Shown here one piece after another: positions 48,290 to 58,188 of a stretch of DNA of 64,000 bases. Every line of letters begins with the position of its first letter. Within the stretch, counting starts at the first letter, position 1. Source of the DNA: an uncultured Gemmatimonadaceae bacterium (GTDB taxonomy: Bacteria > Gemmatimonadota > Gemmatimonadetes > Gemmatimonadales > Gemmatimonadaceae); the NCBI GenBank assembly GCA_963817955.1, contig CAWFQK010000005.1, forward strand, positions 156,709-220,708. The letters are read 5' to 3'. A program made the position numbers and the translations under genes. Under the pieces are notes generated by a model. The model was not told the DNA's origin, made no database searches, and was given only the letters and a program-made list of their open reading frames with translations.

Positions 48290-49152
48290 CAGCCCGCCTC
48301 CGGCGCGGGAGGGTTTCGCTCTTCGTGACGGCCTGTGAGCAGCTCGAGCGCCGCGGTGTGTACGAGACGCTGTGCGGCGGCAAAGCCGGCGGCGAGTCCG
48401 AGCACGAGCGACAGCGTGACGGCCAACAGGACGATGTCCGGCGTCACGACCGCGAACGCGAGCGGTGTCTGATAGACGCCTCGATAATGCCAATTGATGA
48501 GTTGGGAGGCCGTCCAGCCAATGACGACGCCGAGGAGACTGCCGAGGATCGCGATGATGGCGGCTTCGACCATCACCCCCCGAACGATCGAGCGATCCGA
48601 GATGCCCATGAGCCGCAGCGCCGCCACGTCACGACGCCGCTCGTCCACCTTCAACAGCATGATGCACAGCAGAAAGACGGCGCTCGCGACGATGGTGATG
48701 ACGCCGATCGCGCGATGGAAACGGCTGACGACGAGAAAGGTGCGCGACGTCCCGACGGCGATGTCGCGCGACCGGTACGCCTGGAATCCAAACGCGGCGT
48801 CGTTCACGCGACGGATCGTGCTGTCGACCGCCGCGCCGCCGCGCGTTTCCACGGCAAACCGGTCGACGCGATCGCCGTAGGCAATCAGACGCTGCAGTTC
48901 GTCGAGGTGCATTCGCACGCGATACTCGGCGCGTGCCACCTCCGAGGGATCAGCGCGGCGGCGCACGAAGGCGGAAACGATTACCGTGTCGCCAGCGCCG
49001 CCCGGTGTGCTCGCGATAATCAGACGATCGCCGAGCTTGACGTTCGCGGCCGTGGCGAGCCGCTCGTCCACGGCGATGGTGCGCGGCGGACGATGCGGCG
49101 GAGTGGAATCAATCGATTGAGCGAATGCCGCGACGAGAAGCGCGACGAGCAT
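48289..49152 (-). CDS. FtsX-like permease (short)
   Basis: KVDERRRDVAALRLMG followed by TM helices. Confidence 0.85.
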   Translation of the reverse strand: MLVALLVAAFAQSIDSTPPHRPPRTIAVDERLATAANVKLGDRLIIASTPGGAGDTVIVSAFVRRRADPSEVARAEYRVRMHLDELQRLIAYGDRVDRFAVETRGGAAVDSTIRRVNDAAFGFQAYRSRDIAVGTSRTFLVVSRFHRAIGVITIVASAVFLLCIMLLKVDERRRDVAALRLMGISDRSIVRGVMVEAAIIAILGSLLGVVIGWTASQLINWHYRGVYQTPLAFAVVTPDIVLLAVTLSLVLGLAAGFAAAQRLVHTAALELLTGRHEERNPPAPEAG

Positions 49153-49184
49153 TGTAGAAAGCTAACGCGCCGCGACGCGTGGCC

Positions 49185-49592
49185 TCAGACGGCGGTCTTG
49201 GCCCAGTTCACTGTTTCCTGCAGCGATTCACGCGTGCGCTCGAGCGAGTACGACGGTTGGACGAACGAGACCTGGCCACGTTTGATGAGCACGATGGCCA
49301 CGATGAGCTCGATCACGCCGGTCACGAACGCGCCGACCCACATATGCCCATTGACGAGCCGGCCGATGAGAGTGGCGAGGAAGAACGTCGCCCACACGAG
49401 AGCGACAACGCCCACGCTGAACGCGATGCCAAGCCACATGACGCCCTTGCCGCCGCGTTTCATGTTGTCCTTGATCTCCAGCTTGGCGAGCTGCACCTCG
49501 TCGGTCATCAACCGCCTGGAGTCGTCACCCAACCGATGAATGAGATCGGGAATTCCGGCGTCCGAGTCCATCTTCATACGAGTTACCGCCAT
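49185..49592 (-). CDS. Phage holin family/YqjE-like membrane protein
   Basis: EVQLAKLEI, two TM helices, ERTRESLQE..W. Confidence 0.8.
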   Translation of the reverse strand: MAVTRMKMDSDAGIPDLIHRLGDDSRRLMTDEVQLAKLEIKDNMKRGGKGVMWLGIAFSVGVVALVWATFFLATLIGRLVNGHMWVGAFVTGVIELIVAIVLIKRGQVSFVQPSYSLERTRESLQETVNWAKTAV

Positions 49593-49698
49593 TGTCGCCT
49601 CGAGCCACGGGTTGTGTCGGCGGAGGGGGCAAGGAGTGTTCCGGGAGAGTGCTGCAGAGTCTGCAGTTTCTACCGCCGGGGACCGCGGCAGAAACCAC

Positions 49699-50379
49699 TC
49701 AGGTGGCGATCGACACCAAGATCTGTTTCGCCAGACCTGCTCCAATGGATCGAGTCGATCGCCCCACTCGCAGTGCGATTGGCCCATCGAACGGCGCGCG
49801 GGAGAGGACTTGGACCTGTCGCCCCAGCGTGATGCCAAGCTCCGCGAGGTACCGGAGTTGTTCCGGATCGCGATCGTCCACGCGTTGAATGCAGACGCGC
49901 GCGCCGATGTCGATGCTCGACAACGGCGCGAGCGGAGCTTCGTCGAGGGTGCCCTCGCGAGTGGGAATTGGAGCGCCATGCGGGTCGGTCGTCGGCTCGC
50001 CGATGGCTGCGGCCATGCGGTCGATCAACTCGTCGGACGCCGCGTGCTCGAGTCGATCAGCTTCATCATGGACCCGGTCCCACGCGAACCCGAGGGCGGT
50101 GGCGAGATAGGCTTCGATCACGCGATGCCGGCGAATAGTGCGCAGCGCGGCGCGACGTCCGTCGTCCGTGAGACGCACGCCCCGATAGCGTTCGTGCGCA
50201 ATGAGTCCCTGTTCGGCCAGCCGGCGGATCATGCCGCTCACTGAAGCGGGCGCCACATTCAGCTCTGCGGCAATCTCGCTCGTGCCGGCGACACGCCCGC
50301 CCGTCTCGAGCCCGAAGATCACCTTGAGATAATCCTCGACCGGACCGGTCAGTGTGGGAAATGCGTTCACCGCCATCAT
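49699..50379 (-). CDS. mntR: DtxR/MntR family metal-dependent regulator with FeoA domain
   Basis: EDYLK.I, VAPASVSGM, RRHRVIE, EADRLEH, DPHGAPIP. Cotranscribed with mntH. Confidence 0.88.
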   Translation of the reverse strand: MMAVNAFPTLTGPVEDYLKVIFGLETGGRVAGTSEIAAELNVAPASVSGMIRRLAEQGLIAHERYRGVRLTDDGRRAALRTIRRHRVIEAYLATALGFAWDRVHDEADRLEHAASDELIDRMAAAIGEPTTDPHGAPIPTREGTLDEAPLAPLSSIDIGARVCIQRVDDRDPEQLRYLAELGITLGRQVQVLSRAPFDGPIALRVGRSTRSIGAGLAKQILVSIAT

Positions 50380-50828
50380 GCCGCCGGCCCGCGTGGTACG
50401 GCACGACGTTCGCCGCGCACGAGCAGGACCGGTACGCGCGACAGATGTCGCACCTGGTTCGCAACGCTGCCGTAGATCATGTCCTTGAGCAAACGATGGC
50501 CGTGTGTCGACATGGCGATGAGGTCGGCATGCTCGCGCGCCGCCGCGTCGGCAATCTCCGTGGCTGGATCGCCCGCGGCGAGCAGACCCTCCACCTCGAA
50601 GCCTTCCGAGGCGAGCGCCTCACGCGTCTGGTCGAGATACTCGCGATCGAGGCGCATCTCTTCCGACTCACGGAGGTTGAGCTGCTTCACATTCCTCGCC
50701 GCCCACCCGTCGGCAACGTGCATGACCACGATCGACGAGCCGAAGTGCTTCGCAAGCTCGCGCACGTGATCCAGGATCGCCACGTCGAACGGTGAATTCT
50801 CCAGCGGAACCAGAATGCGCTTGTACAT
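50376..50828 (-). CDS. Universal stress protein
   Basis: [30 protein letters not shown]. Confidence 0.92.
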   Translation of the reverse strand: MYKRILVPLENSPFDVAILDHVRELAKHFGSSIVVMHVADGWAARNVKQLNLRESEEMRLDREYLDQTREALASEGFEVEGLLAAGDPATEIADAAAREHADLIAMSTHGHRLLKDMIYGSVANQVRHLSRVPVLLVRGERRAVPRGPAA

Positions 50829-52201
50829 CAGGCCATCCATGCGCGCGCAGTCTGCACGAGCAGCCACGCATTGAGCACGGCGATCAGCAGCGCCGCGGAC
50901 CAGGCAAGCGTCTTGAGCCAGGGCGCGTTGACGAACGTTCCCATCTTCACCTTATCGGACGTGAACAGCACCAGCGGAAACACGGCAAAAGATAACTGCA
51001 GGCTGAGAATCACCTGGCTGAGAATGAGCAGCTTGGCCGTGCCGCTCGCGCCATAGAACATGGCGACCAGCGCGGCCGGCACAATGGCAATGAGACGCGT
51101 GATCAGCCGGCGCATCCATGGGCGGATGCGGACGTTCAGGAACCCCTCCATCACGATCTGACCAGCGAGGGTGCCGGTGACCGTCGAGTTCTGCCCCGAG
51201 GCGAGCAGGGCGAGCGCGAACGCCGTGCTCGCGCCGGCGCCAAGCAGCGGCGTCAACAGTTTGTGCGCATCCTGGATCTCGGCCACCGCATTGTGTCCCG
51301 ACGTGTGGAATGTTGCCGCCGCCATGATCAGGATGGCCGCATTGATGAAGAACGCGAAGCTCAGCGCGATCGTCGAGTCGAAGAAGGCGAACGTCACTGC
51401 CTCGCGCTTGCCGGCCGCGCTCTCCTCGTAGCGCCGCGTCTGCACGATCGACGAATGCAGATACAAGTTGTGCGGCATCACCGTGGCGCCGAGGATGCCG
51501 ATGGAGATGTAGAGCATGTCGCGATTGACGATGAGATCCGTCGACGGAGCAAAGCCTTTCGCGAGGGCTGCCATGTCTGGATGCGCGAGAACGATCTCGA
51601 ACAGAAAACAGAGGCCGATCGTGGCAATCAGTGTGATGACCAGCGCCTCGAGCAGGCGGACGCCGCGGTTCTGCAACGAGAGCAGCAGGAGTACGTCGAG
51701 CCCCGTGACGAGCACGCCAATGGTCAGGGGCAGATGGAAGAGCAGATTGAGGGCGATGGCCGAGCCAATCACCTCGGCGAGGTCGCACGCGGCAATGGCG
51801 ACCTCGCAGATCAGCCAGAGCGCAATGCTCACCGGCCGCGAATAATGGTCGCGGCAGGCCTGTGCCAAGTCGCGTCCGGTGACGATGCCGAGCTTGGATG
51901 CCAATCCCTGCAGCAGCACCGCCAAGAGATTGGACAGCAGGACGATGCTGAGCAGCGAGTATCCGAAGCGCGAGCCGCCGGCGAGATCGGTGGCCCAGTT
52001 ACCCGGATCCATGTAGCCGACGGCCACGAGGTACCCCGGCCCGGCGAACGCGAGCAGCTTGCGAAAGAAGCCCCCGTGACCGATGTCGATGCTGCGGTAG
52101 ACCTCCTGCAGGCTGGGCGCTACTCGCGAGCGGCGCCAGCCGCGGTCGCTGTCGCCATGGTGGTCATGGTGCTGCTCGTCTTTGGTTCTGGGTATGGCCA
52201 T
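50828..52201 (-). CDS. mntH: Nramp family Mn2+/Fe2+ transporter
   Basis: [29 protein letters not shown]. Confidence 0.96.
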   Translation of the reverse strand: MAIPRTKDEQHHDHHGDSDRGWRRSRVAPSLQEVYRSIDIGHGGFFRKLLAFAGPGYLVAVGYMDPGNWATDLAGGSRFGYSLLSIVLLSNLLAVLLQGLASKLGIVTGRDLAQACRDHYSRPVSIALWLICEVAIAACDLAEVIGSAIALNLLFHLPLTIGVLVTGLDVLLLLSLQNRGVRLLEALVITLIATIGLCFLFEIVLAHPDMAALAKGFAPSTDLIVNRDMLYISIGILGATVMPHNLYLHSSIVQTRRYEESAAGKREAVTFAFFDSTIALSFAFFINAAILIMAAATFHTSGHNAVAEIQDAHKLLTPLLGAGASTAFALALLASGQNSTVTGTLAGQIVMEGFLNVRIRPWMRRLITRLIAIVPAALVAMFYGASGTAKLLILSQVILSLQLSFAVFPLVLFTSDKVKMGTFVNAPWLKTLAWSAALLIAVLNAWLLVQTARAWMA

Positions 52202-52237
52202 TTACCTCGCAGACAAGCGTAAATTAGCCCCGCGCAA

Positions 52238-53236
52238 CTAGCCGGCGAGTTGCCGAACCCAGCGGTCGATTCCCTCGACGACCCGCTCGTCTACTGGTCC
52301 CGGATAAGCGAATGCCTGCATGGGCGGCACATCCGGGGGCACCACCTTGAACATGTGGTGGACGTCCTCGACGAACAGATACGCCGAGCGCCCCTCGCCG
52401 GCCTGTCGCGCCCGCAGGGTATCGCGCAGTGTCTCCCCGTGGTGCGGCGGCACGCTCTGATCGCTGGAGCCCTGCACCACCAGGACCGATTGCGTCATGT
52501 TCGCGGCCAGGACGTTGGGATTGGTGGCGTCCGTCTCGCGCATGTAGCGGCGCCCCTCCTCCGGCATCTTCGCCAATGTCGTGGCGCCATAGCCCGGGCC
52601 TTCGGACAACTCGGCCGGCACGGCTTCGCCGCGACGGATGTACGAAATCACCGCGTCCATACGACGTAATGCTTCGTCGTGCTGCTCCGGCGGAACGCTT
52701 TGCGCCGTCTGCTCGCGCATGATGTCGAGCAGTCCAACGGCCGGGCCGGCGAGCAGCACCACCCCATCCAATTCGGCGCCACGATCCGACGTGGCGAGCT
52801 GGCTCACGACCACCGCCCCCTCGCTATGGCCAGCGCCGATAATCCGCTCGACCGCGACCCCGCGCGACGCAAGCGCCGCACGCATGGCGTCGAGGGCGGC
52901 CGTGGCGATCACCAATCTGCCTCCCCAGTTGCTCACTCGCGCAGTGGCAGTTTCGTCCTTCTTCACACTCCCGGTGCCCGGTCCGAGCTTGGCGAACCGG
53001 TAGACGGCATGTCCCCGCGCCGCCAGTTGCCGGGCGAGGTGCGCATACACGGCTGGGAAGCAGTTCCACGTGGGAAAATCGCCGTTCACGTCGGAATACA
53101 ACGATCCCGGAATGAGCAGTACGGCGCTCGGCAACGGCGTGGTGCCGGTGTCGGCGGGCAGGGTGAGCGCGGCGGGAATTTCCCAGCCAGACACGGCGAT
53201 CGTGTCGGCGTGCTCGATGTATGAGGGGGTAGGCAT
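52238..53236 (-). CDS. Alpha/beta hydrolase
   Basis: IPGS, GHSEG nucleophile elbow, VQGSSDQSV, HMFK. Confidence 0.88.
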   Translation of the reverse strand: MPTPSYIEHADTIAVSGWEIPAALTLPADTGTTPLPSAVLLIPGSLYSDVNGDFPTWNCFPAVYAHLARQLAARGHAVYRFAKLGPGTGSVKKDETATARVSNWGGRLVIATAALDAMRAALASRGVAVERIIGAGHSEGAVVVSQLATSDRGAELDGVVLLAGPAVGLLDIMREQTAQSVPPEQHDEALRRMDAVISYIRRGEAVPAELSEGPGYGATTLAKMPEEGRRYMRETDATNPNVLAANMTQSVLVVQGSSDQSVPPHHGETLRDTLRARQAGEGRSAYLFVEDVHHMFKVVPPDVPPMQAFAYPGPVDERVVEGIDRWVRQLAG

Positions 53237-53281
53237 GCGAGGAGGGTAAGTCCTCACGTGGCGTGAGGAGCAAGGGGGGGG

Positions 53282-53627
53282 GAGACACGGGACACGGGAC
53301 ACGGGACAACGGGACACGGGACAACGGCCGACTGCGTGCTAACGACCTGTACATAGGTCAGGTGAGACTCCGTCGGATTGGGCTCCGGGTTTTGACCGGC
53401 TGGATGTCGCTGGCTGCTCCGTAGCGGTCGGCCCACCGGTCGGCGAGGTTCGAGTTTCCAGTTGTGAGTTGTGCGTTGTGAGTTTCTCGTGTCCCGTGTC
53501 TCGTGTCCCGTGTCTCGTGTCCCGTGTCTCGTGTCTCACACCCGTGTCTCGTGTCTCACAGCCGTGTCCCGTGTCCCGTGTCCCGTGTCTCGTGTCTCGT
53601 GTCTCGTGTCTCGTGTCTCGTGTCTCA
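53282..53627. repeat. Composite repeat: GGGACAC array (53282-53325), 107-bp element copy 2 (53377-53483, minus) and a long GTGTC(C/T)C array (53486-53627)
   Basis: Direct reading. The right array has about 20 heptamers and is inverted relative to the left array. Confidence 0.92.
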
Positions 53628-54236
53628 GCTACTCATCAGCTCCACGAACTGCCCCAATGCCCTGTGCGTCAGGCCCCAGACGGTGTAGTCACCGTGCCGA
53701 AATACGTCGACTTCGCGAGGGCCGACGCCGTGGATGGGGACGATCCCTTTGCCCCAGGCGGCGGATTCGCGAATGGCGCTGAGTGGAACCCAGAAGGCCT
53801 CCGCGACCTCGAGGGTCTCGATGATCATCACGGTTGGTTTCACCACGGCGACGAACGGTCGAATGATGATTGGTGGCAGGGTCGAGCTGTACGGGCTCAT
53901 GTCGTCGAGGGCGCCCAGTATGCGCCCGTCGCGCGCGAGATCGACTCCTGTCTCCTCCCACGTTTCGCGGATGGCGGTGTGCTCGAGATCGCGATCGGTG
54001 GGATTCATGCGTCCGCCCGGGCACGCGATGTGACCACTCCAGGGATCGTTCGCGATCTCCGCACGCTTGATCATCAACAACTCAGGCTCGCCTGAATCTG
54101 ATGGGCGCAGCACGAGCGCAATCGCGGCGTACCGAAAGTCTCCCTCGGCTTCGATCTGGTGGCTCACGCGGTTGGCCAGGCGATGCGCCAGGCGAGCGAC
54201 GTCGGGGTGTGCGAGGAGCACGTCGAGCGGTGTCAC
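53625..54236 (-). CDS. Nudix CoA pyrophosphatase (NudL-like)
   Basis: WSGHIACPGG, TAIRETWEETG Nudix box, EVAEAFWVPL, VWGLT. Confidence 0.9.
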   Translation of the reverse strand: MTPLDVLLAHPDVARLAHRLANRVSHQIEAEGDFRYAAIALVLRPSDSGEPELLMIKRAEIANDPWSGHIACPGGRMNPTDRDLEHTAIRETWEETGVDLARDGRILGALDDMSPYSSTLPPIIIRPFVAVVKPTVMIIETLEVAEAFWVPLSAIRESAAWGKGIVPIHGVGPREVDVFRHGDYTVWGLTHRALGQFVELMSS

Positions 54237-54237
54237 G

Positions 54238-54591
54238 TCACTCCACCTCGCCGCCCGATTCGGCCCAGCCGCGGATTCCCGTCGCCATCGACGCAACGTT
54301 CCCGTAGCCCATCTCCTGCAGCGTCACAGCGGCAAATGCGGAGCGATTGCCCGACGCGCAGTAGATCACGACGTACGCATCTCGCGGAACGAGTGCTTCT
54401 ATCTTCGTCTCGAGATTCCCGCGCGAAATGTGTAGCGCGCCGGGAATCCGTCCGAGGTTCACCTCCTGCAAGTCGCGCACGTCGAGCAGCAGTACACGCT
54501 CGCCACGATGCTGCATGTCCATCACTTGCGCGGGTGTCACTTCGGTGATGGTGGCCTTGGCGGCGGCGATCATTTCCGGTGCAGTCTTCAT
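54238..54591 (-). CDS. Rhodanese-like domain protein
   Basis: LDVR..E...GRIPGA, YCASGNRS, GIRGW. Confidence 0.92.
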   Translation of the reverse strand: MKTAPEMIAAAKATITEVTPAQVMDMQHRGERVLLLDVRDLQEVNLGRIPGALHISRGNLETKIEALVPRDAYVVIYCASGNRSAFAAVTLQEMGYGNVASMATGIRGWAESGGEVE

Positions 54592-54618
54592 CAGCGTTCG
54601 AAAAGTGAAATGAGAGAG

Positions 54619-55530
54619 TCAGCGGTCGCCGAGTTCGACGACGAGCGTTTTTGCATCAGCATCGAGGTCGGCGAGCGCGCCGAGCGGAAGCGTCCACTGA
54701 TCGGGGACATGCCCAACTGGTACGTTCGCCAGGCAGGGCACACCGCATCGCAGCGAGACTTCCTGGAGCACCTGGGACAGCGGGCGCTCCCCGTTTGCCG
54801 AGTCATCGGGTATGTTGGTGAACTGTCCGAACATGATGCCCGCGACACGCTCGAGCGCGCCGCACAGCCGGAGCTGCGTGAGCATGCGGTCGATCCGGAA
54901 GACCGTCTCATTGACGTCCTCCAGTACCAAGATCGCGCCGTCGAGCGATGGGGCGTAAGGGGTGCCGACGAGCGCGGCGATCAGGGCCAGGTTGCCACCA
55001 ACCAACCGGCCGTGGGCGCGACCGCCGTGGAGCACCGTGGCCCCTTCATGTTGGCACTGGAGGGCGTGCTGTCCGTCACGCGCCACCGCGGCCAGGAATG
55101 CGGCGCGGGAGAACGGCGTGATGACTTCACGCGCCGTGTGGCCGTGAAAAGTGACGAGGTTGGCCTGGCGACCGATCGCGGCGTGGAGCGCCGTGATATC
55201 CGAGAAGCCAATGAGCGTTTTGGTATGGTCGCGCCACGCGTCATAGTCGAGTCCGTCGAGGATCCGCATGGCGCCGTAGCCGCCGCGAATGCACCAGATC
55301 GCATCGATCGTCTCATCGCGGGCGAACCGGTTGAAGTCGGCAAGCCGATGCTGGTCGAGTCCGGCGAGGTAGCCCTGTCGCTCGAGTACGTGCTCGCCGA
55401 CCACCGGCTGCCAGCCCAACGCCCGCACATTCGCCTCGGCGCGCTCGAGGTCGCCCGCATCGTTCAGCGGGCTCGCTGGGGCAACGAGCGCCACGCGCGA
55501 GCCCGCTTGCAGAGGGGGTGGAAATCGCAT
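54619..55530 (-). CDS. LD-carboxypeptidase (peptidase S66)
   Basis: VAPAS, RGGYG, GFSDIT, GGNL, LEDV.E, GH. Confidence 0.93.
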   Translation of the reverse strand: MRFPPPLQAGSRVALVAPASPLNDAGDLERAEANVRALGWQPVVGEHVLERQGYLAGLDQHRLADFNRFARDETIDAIWCIRGGYGAMRILDGLDYDAWRDHTKTLIGFSDITALHAAIGRQANLVTFHGHTAREVITPFSRAAFLAAVARDGQHALQCQHEGATVLHGGRAHGRLVGGNLALIAALVGTPYAPSLDGAILVLEDVNETVFRIDRMLTQLRLCGALERVAGIMFGQFTNIPDDSANGERPLSQVLQEVSLRCGVPCLANVPVGHVPDQWTLPLGALADLDADAKTLVVELGDR

Positions 55531-55568
55531 GCTGCCACATACGCACAGGAGAGCCCGCGCGTCAACTC

Positions 55569-55610
55569 GGGACAGGGACACGGGACACGACACGGGACGA
55601 AGGGCGACAC
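55569..55610 (+). repeat. Short GGGACAC heptamer cluster between divergent genes
   Basis: GGGACAGGGACACGGGACACGACACGGGAC. Confidence 0.7.
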
Positions 55611-55680
55611 GCGCTTCGCGTGGCTCTGGTACGGACAGACGGGTTCGCTCCATCTGCCGGAACGACGTAGCTTTTGGCGC

Positions 55681-56946
55681 GTGTCCCTGACGACTCGTGT
55701 TCTGATCGCGCTCGCCGCCGGTATGGGTGTCGGCCTGCTGCTGAGCGGCATCGACCCGGCGTATGCGCGACCGATCATCGCGGCGGTCGAGCCGATCGGT
55801 ACGCTGTTCGTGAACGCCATCCGCATGACCGTGATCCCGCTCGTCGTCTCGAGCCTGATCGCGGGCGTGGCGACCTCGGGCAGTGGCGCGTCTGTGGCGC
55901 GCATTGGAGCGAAAGGCATCATCGTCTTCCTGGTTCTGCTCGTCGCGTCTGGCCTCGTCGGCGCGCTCGTGGCTCCCGTGCTGCTATCGCACGTGCACGC
56001 CGATCCGGCGTCGCTGGCGAGCGCGCCCACTGCCGCGGCAGGGTCCGGGGGCAGCGTCATTGCCAGCAGCAGCGCAATGCAATCGCCCGCACAATGGGTG
56101 CTGTCGCTCGTGCCGGCAAACGCATTTCGTGCCGCAGTGGACGGCGCGATGCTGCCGCTGATCATCTTCGCGCTGGTGCTCGGTGTGGCACTATTGCACG
56201 TGGAGGATGAACCGCGGCAGCGTGTCGTCCTCATTTTCAGGGCAACGACCGAGGCAATGCTGGTGATCGTGCGCTGGCTGCTGGTCGTCGCACCCCTGGG
56301 TGTGTTCGCGCTGGCGCTGCCACTCGTCGCCCGCCTTGGCCTGTCGGCGGTAGGCGCGCTGGCGACCTATGTGGTACTCGTGTCGGTTACCGCGGCGGCA
56401 TTCATCATTCTCGTGTTGTACCCGGCGGGCGCGTGGGGCGGTGGCATATCCCTTCGCGCATTCGCGCGGGCCGCCGCGCCGGCACAGGCGGTGGCGTTCT
56501 CGTCGCGCTCGTCGCTCGCCGCGCTCCCGGCGTTGATCGACAGCGGGCGTACGCGGCTGCACTTGCCAGAGGAAGTGACGGGCTTCTTTCTGCCGCTCGC
56601 CACGGCGGTTTTTCGCGTTGGCGCCGCGCTGGGTCTCACGACCGGTGCGGTCTTCCTGGCGCGTCTCTACGGTGTTCCGCTGGGCGCGGGACAACTGGCG
56701 ACAATCGTCGCAACGGCCGTCATTACGAGTTTCAGCATTCCTGGCATTCCGGGCGGGTCCATCCTGGCCATGGTGCCGGTGTTGACCAGCGTTGGTCTGC
56801 CCGTGGAAGGCCTTGGCATCTTGCTCGGCGTCGACACCATTCCCGACAGCTTTCGGACGACGGCGAACGTGACGGGCCAGCTCGCGGCCGCCACCATCGT
56901 GTCGCGCGGCTTGGACCACACGCCGCCGCTGACGTTGTCCGAATGA
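55681..56946 (+). CDS. Dicarboxylate/amino acid:cation symporter (DAACS)
   Basis: FVNAIRMTVIPLV, AFSSRSS.AALP, PGIPGG, DSFRTTANVTG. Confidence 0.93.
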   Translation: MSLTTRVLIALAAGMGVGLLLSGIDPAYARPIIAAVEPIGTLFVNAIRMTVIPLVVSSLIAGVATSGSGASVARIGAKGIIVFLVLLVASGLVGALVAPVLLSHVHADPASLASAPTAAAGSGGSVIASSSAMQSPAQWVLSLVPANAFRAAVDGAMLPLIIFALVLGVALLHVEDEPRQRVVLIFRATTEAMLVIVRWLLVVAPLGVFALALPLVARLGLSAVGALATYVVLVSVTAAAFIILVLYPAGAWGGGISLRAFARAAAPAQAVAFSSRSSLAALPALIDSGRTRLHLPEEVTGFFLPLATAVFRVGAALGLTTGAVFLARLYGVPLGAGQLATIVATAVITSFSIPGIPGGSILAMVPVLTSVGLPVEGLGILLGVDTIPDSFRTTANVTGQLAAATIVSRGLDHTPPLTLSE

Positions 56947-58100
56947 GTGGAGTCGCCCCGATCCTCTGGTCGCTGCCGTGGGTACTGCCGCCGATCGTCG
57001 CCCTCGTCCGCGCGCGGCACTCGCGGTCTCTCACCGAGTTCTCCGAGGCGGAACCAAATGTTCCGCCAGTGGTTTCCATTGTGATTCCGGCGCGCAACGA
57101 GGCACGGAATATCGAGCGGTGCCTGCGATCGGTGCTCACCGCGAAGTACTCGCGGTTCGAGGTGATCGTGGTGGACGACCATTCGGACGACGGCACCGGC
57201 GACATCGCACGAAAGATTGCGGCGGGCGACGATCGCGTTCGTGTTATTGCCGCGCCCGAGCTGCCCGACGGCTGGTTTGGCAAACAGTGGGCGTGCGCAG
57301 CCGGGGCGGCACAGGCAGTCGGCGAGCTTCTCGTGTTCACCGACGCAGACACGTGCCATGCACCGGACCTCTTGCCACGCGCCGTGAATGCAGCGAACGC
57401 ACTCGGCGCAGACCTGCTGAGCGTGGCCGGCCACCAGGAGATGCACAGCTTCTGGGAGCGAGTCATTCAGCCGCAGATGTTCGGGCTGCTCTCCATGCGC
57501 TACGGTGGCACGGAACACGTGAGTGGCGCCAAGCGTGCCGAGGACGTGATCGCCAACGGGCAATTCATTCTCGTGCGGCGCGACGCATACGCTGCAGTAG
57601 GCGAGCACGCGGCGGTGAAACAGCAAGTAGCCGAGGATCTTTCGCTGGCGCAGGCCTTCTTTCGGCAGGGGAAGCACGTGGTTCTGCTGCTGGCGACGCA
57701 GCAACTCTCGACCCGCATGTACGCATCGTTGCGCGAAATCGTGGGCGGATGGCGCAAGAACGTGTATGCCGGCGGTCGCAACGCCATGTTCGGCGGCACA
57801 ACTGGTCGCGCGGTGTACCCGGTCATTCTGCTGGCTGTACCGGCCGTAGGCTTGCTGCCGCCACTCGCGCTCGTGCTTTCGGCATTCGGAGTTCTATCGC
57901 CAGGGTGGCTCGTGTGGTCGGGGCTCTGCGTCGGGACTGTGCTGCTCTACTGGGCCGTTCTTTACCGATTCATGGGGGAGGCTGTGTGGTACGCGGTGCT
58001 GTATCCGCTCGGGTTGGCAGCACTGTTGTACATCGCGTTGGGCGCGGTGGTACGCGGCGATCGGGTGGAGTGGAAGGCGCGGGTGTATGAGTCGCGGTGA
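56943..58100 (+). CDS. Glycosyltransferase family 2 (CrtQ/HpnB-like membrane GT)
   Basis: IPARNE, VDDHSDDGT, GWFGKQWAC, FTDAD, ANGQ, AED, RMY, VEWKAR. Confidence 0.9.
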   Translation: MSGVAPILWSLPWVLPPIVALVRARHSRSLTEFSEAEPNVPPVVSIVIPARNEARNIERCLRSVLTAKYSRFEVIVVDDHSDDGTGDIARKIAAGDDRVRVIAAPELPDGWFGKQWACAAGAAQAVGELLVFTDADTCHAPDLLPRAVNAANALGADLLSVAGHQEMHSFWERVIQPQMFGLLSMRYGGTEHVSGAKRAEDVIANGQFILVRRDAYAAVGEHAAVKQQVAEDLSLAQAFFRQGKHVVLLLATQQLSTRMYASLREIVGGWRKNVYAGGRNAMFGGTTGRAVYPVILLAVPAVGLLPPLALVLSAFGVLSPGWLVWSGLCVGTVLLYWAVLYRFMGEAVWYAVLYPLGLAALLYIALGAVVRGDRVEWKARVYESR

Positions 58101-58188
58101 GGTGGGGGGGGGGACACGCGAGTCGGAATGAGCGTGGACGCAACGGAGTGGTCGCGATGGATGCGAGGCGCATGGCTACACTCGGCGC

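Noticed and set aside
49185..49592. Prophage inferred from the holin-family gene
   Set aside because: This family is common on chromosomes and no other phage genes are present.
52210..52240. MntR/DtxR operator upstream of mntH
   Set aside because: AATTAGCCCCGCGCAACT is only a weak partial palindrome and cannot be supported by eye.
53469..54095. ORFs with CPVSRV/ETRDTGH repeats
   Set aside because: These are translation artefacts of the heptamer arrays and antisense to the Nudix gene.
54508..55680. N-terminal extension of the 812-aa ORF onto the DAACS symporter
   Set aside because: It is antisense to the S66 peptidase. The symporter's likely start is GTG 55681.
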